Assembly: GCA_963755915.1 (NCBI GenBank) | Contig: CAVWLP010000002.1 | Coordinates: 2,208,001-2,272,000 of the forward strand | Length of the DNA stretch: 64,000 bases | Reading direction: 5' to 3' | From: an uncultured Phycisphaerales bacterium | GTDB lineage: Bacteria > Planctomycetota > Phycisphaerae > Tepidisphaerales > Tepidisphaeraceae | Part shown: piece by piece, positions 61,278-64,000 of the stretch | How positions within the stretch are numbered: position 1 is the stretch's first letter | How the letters are laid out: the number at the start of each line of letters is the position of its first letter | Translations under genes and position numbers: made by a program | Notes under the pieces: generated by a model | What the model saw: only the letters and a program-made list of their open reading frames with translations | What the model was told of the DNA's origin: nothing | Database searches by the model: none

Positions 61278-63052
61278 TTAAAAACCCGTCCGCTTAAACT
61301 GCTTCTCCAAATCCCGCAGCGTCAATCGCAAAGTCGTCGGCCTGCCATGCGGGCAGTTGCTGCTGCGATCGATGAGATGACGCCTCGCCAGCAGCGCCTC
61401 GATCTCCTGCGGCGAGAGGGGGTCGCCCGCTTTCACGGCCGCTTTGCAGGCCATCATGTCGAGCACTTCGTGCAGGAGTTCTTCGTGGCTGAGGTCGAGC
61501 GATTCCTGCTCGCCGCGATCGAGCACGTCGGCGAGGAATTCCGCAGGGTCAAGACGCTGGAGGAAGCTTGGAAAAGAATGGATGGCGACGGTTCCCGGCC
61601 CGATCGAGGCGGCTTCGATTCCCAGGCGCTGCAAGAGCGACTGAATTTGTTCCAGCAGCTCCTGCTGTTTTTCGCTGGCCGGCAGGGTGATTGGGATCAG
61701 CAGCCGCTGGCTTTCCAGCGGGCCGCGGGAAAGGCGCGTGGAGGAGGTCTTCGTACATGATCCGCTCGTGCAGGGCGTGCTGGTCGATGATGATCAGGCC
61801 GTCGTCGCTTTCGGCGACGAGATAGCTGTTGTGAAGCTGGATCGCCGGCGGTGGGGGGGATTCGATTTCGATGCGCGGCGGGGGAGGAGCAACCGGCGCC
61901 AAGCCGGCGCCGTGGCGGGTTGGGCGGCCATTTCCGATTTTGCGCTCGATTCCGGCAGCGCCGATTTGAAGAAATCCGCCAGCCGTTCTCGCAACTGCGT
62001 GTGTTGCGCCTCGTTCGCGATGACCGCAGCGTTGGGCGCGGGACGGCCAGGGGCGTCAGATCGCTGCCCAGCAGTTTCTCGCGAATGCTGGAAAGAATCA
62101 GTCCATGAATCCGCGCGCTGTCGCGAAAGCGAACTTCGCTTTTGGTCGGATGGACGTTCACGTCCACATCCTGCGGTGGCATGGTGATCAGCAGAATCGC
62201 CGCGGGCTGGCGGCCGGGCTCGGTCAGCCCGCGATAGGCTTCGCGCAGGGCGTGCTGGATGAAGCGGTCGCGGATGGGGCGGCCGTTGAGGAAGAAGAAC
62301 TGGTGCTTGGCGACGGGGCGGGCCAGCTCCGGCAAACCGATCAGGCCAACTAAACCAATCTCCGCGTCCTGTCTCTCGACGGGCAGGCCCGATTCGGCGA
62401 AATCATCCGGCCAGGCACAGAGCCAGCGGCGCTTGGCCGTCTCGGCGGCTAATTCGAACGTGGGTTTGCCATTGTGCGAGAGGACGAAGGAGATTTCCGG
62501 ATGGGGGACGGCCAGGCGAACCAGCGCTTCGCTGATGTGTCCGAACTCGGTGGCTGCGCCTTTGAGGAATTTTCGCCGCGCGGGCGTGTTGAAGAAGAGG
62601 TTGCGAATTTCGACGACGGTGCCGACGTTTCCCGCGGCGGCCTGGGGCTGATCGATCACGCCGCCGCGGTTGAAGATTTCGTAAGCGACTTCCTGTGCCG
62701 GCGTGCGGCTGAGAATTCGGGCGTGGGAGACGGCGCCGATGCTGGCCAGCGCTTCGCCGCGGAATCCCATGGTGCTGATGCGGAAGAGGTCTTCATCGCT
62801 CTGAAGCTTGCTGGTGGCGTGGGAGGCGAAGGCGAGGGGGAGTTCCTCGACGGGCATGCCGGAGCCGTCGTCGATGATGCGGATCAAGGCGCGGCCGCCG
62901 TCTTCGATTTCAACGGTGATGTGCGTGGCACCGGCGTCGATGGCGTTTTCGACCAGTTCCTTGACGACGGAAGCGGGGCGTTCGATGACCTCACCGGCGG
63001 CGATGCGATTGACGAGCGCGGGGGAAAGCTGCTGGATGGGATTTCGAGGCAC
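61278..63052 (-). CDS. mutL: DNA mismatch repair protein MutL, frameshifts near 62035 and 61738
   Basis: IAAGEVIERPASVVKELVENAIDAG, GFRGEAL, DVNVHPTK, DQHALHER, CPHGRP. Confidence 0.95.
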
Positions 63053-63101
63053 GGGGCGATTATAGCGAATCGGAGATCGCTGCGAAAAATTCGGGGGCTG
63101 A

Positions 63102-63896
63102 TCACCCAATCGAGCGCACCACGCCGCCGTCGACGCGCAGCGAGGCCCCGTTGGTTGCAGATGAGAGCGGGCTGCACACGAACGCCACGAGATTGGCCAC
63201 TTCCTGAGGCGTTTCGAAGCGCTGAAGAAGGGACGATGGCCGGGCGTGCTGGAAAAATTGTTTCTCGAATTCCTTCGGGGAGATGTTCTTTTTCTTCGCC
63301 AGGTCGGCGACAAAGGCCTGGGCGCCTTCGGAGGCGGTGGGGCCGGGGAGGACGGAATTAACGGTGACGCCGGTGCCGATGGTGGCTTCGGCGAGGCCGC
63401 GGGCGATAGCAAGCTGGGCGGTTTTGGTCATGCCGTAATGAATCATTTCAGCGGGGATTTGCAGAGCGGATTCGCTGGAGATGAAAATGATGCGGCCCCA
63501 GTTCTGCTTGAGCATTTTGGGGAAGTAGGAGCGGCTGAGGCGCACGCCGCTCATGACGTTGGTCTGGAAGAATTTTTCCCAGTCGCTGTCGGGGATTTCG
63601 ACGAAGGGTTTTGGCTCGAAGATGCCGGCGTTGTTGACGAGGATATCGACGCTGGGAAGGGCAGCAGCAATTTTGTCGCAGCCGGTAGCGGTTGAAATGT
63701 CGGCGTCGATGCCGGCGACTTTGGCTTTGGGGTGCGCCTTGCGGATTTCCATTAGAGCCTTTTCGACGCGTGCGGTGGTGCGGCCATTGAGGGTGACGTG
63801 AGCGCCCTCGGCGGCCAGCAGCGTTGCGATGGCAAGCCCGATGCCGCCGGTGGAACCGGTGACCAGTGCGATCTTGCCGGTAAGTTGCAGGTCCAT
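63102..63896 (-). CDS. Short-chain dehydrogenase/reductase
   Basis: TGSTGGIG, NNAG, YGMTK. Confidence 0.92.
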   Translation of the reverse strand: MDLQLTGKIALVTGSTGGIGLAIATLLAAEGAHVTLNGRTTARVEKALMEIRKAHPKAKVAGIDADISTATGCDKIAAALPSVDILVNNAGIFEPKPFVEIPDSDWEKFFQTNVMSGVRLSRSYFPKMLKQNWGRIIFISSESALQIPAEMIHYGMTKTAQLAIARGLAEATIGTGVTVNSVLPGPTASEGAQAFVADLAKKKNISPKEFEKQFFQHARPSSLLQRFETPQEVANLVAFVCSPLSSATNGASLRVDGGVVRSIG

Positions 63897-64000
63897 GGTG
63901 ACTCCTTCCTGTCGGACGGAGTATGGTATGGTTGGCCTTAAGGGAGAAGTCAAAGCACAAATCCATGGAGCACCTGGAAGGGCGACAATCGGTTCTGGCG

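Noticed and set aside
50565-63052. Hypermutator lineage (mutS and mutL both doubly frameshifted)
   Set aside because: Many unrelated genes, some probably essential, show the same indels with no in-frame decay and a shared GCGC context; sequencing error is more parsimonious

Overview
This is a high-GC bacterial chromosome segment, most consistent with a planctomycete (Phycisphaerae-like). That call is inferred from gene architecture: LepB with a Zn-ribbon insert, dnaA not linked to dnaN, and the repeat families present. Positions 1-6749 are the right end of a lower-GC integrative, satellite-like element carrying HTH regulators, a fused primase-helicase and a tyrosine integrase. It sits on the 5' side of an intact tRNA-Cys(GCA), and the integrase ORF ends inside the tRNA. 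The rest is mostly housekeeping: pfk, accBC, an M24 peptidase (pepP-like), pdxA, lepB, tRNA-Leu, smpB, gltX, pssA/psd, a DnaJ-class chaperone, infA, leuD, an ABC transporter, dnaA, udg, a DHS-like enzyme, rnd, mutS and mutL, plus small accessory insertions. Main observations: (i) 5'-side tRNA integration with arm-like repeats and a promoter inside the integrase tail; (ii) two separated iteron-like clusters resembling a bipartite origin; (iii) a pepP'/'pdxA chimeric junction separating two different cargo blocks stacked between pdxA and pepP; (iv) about 15 frameshifts, most next to GCGC, probably long-read errors at a methylated motif rather than true pseudogenes; (v) several REP/MITE families carrying nested hairpin insertions; (vi) a 16/32-bp tandem repeat upstream of dnaA. 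All functional calls come from motif recognition by eye; no database searches were run.
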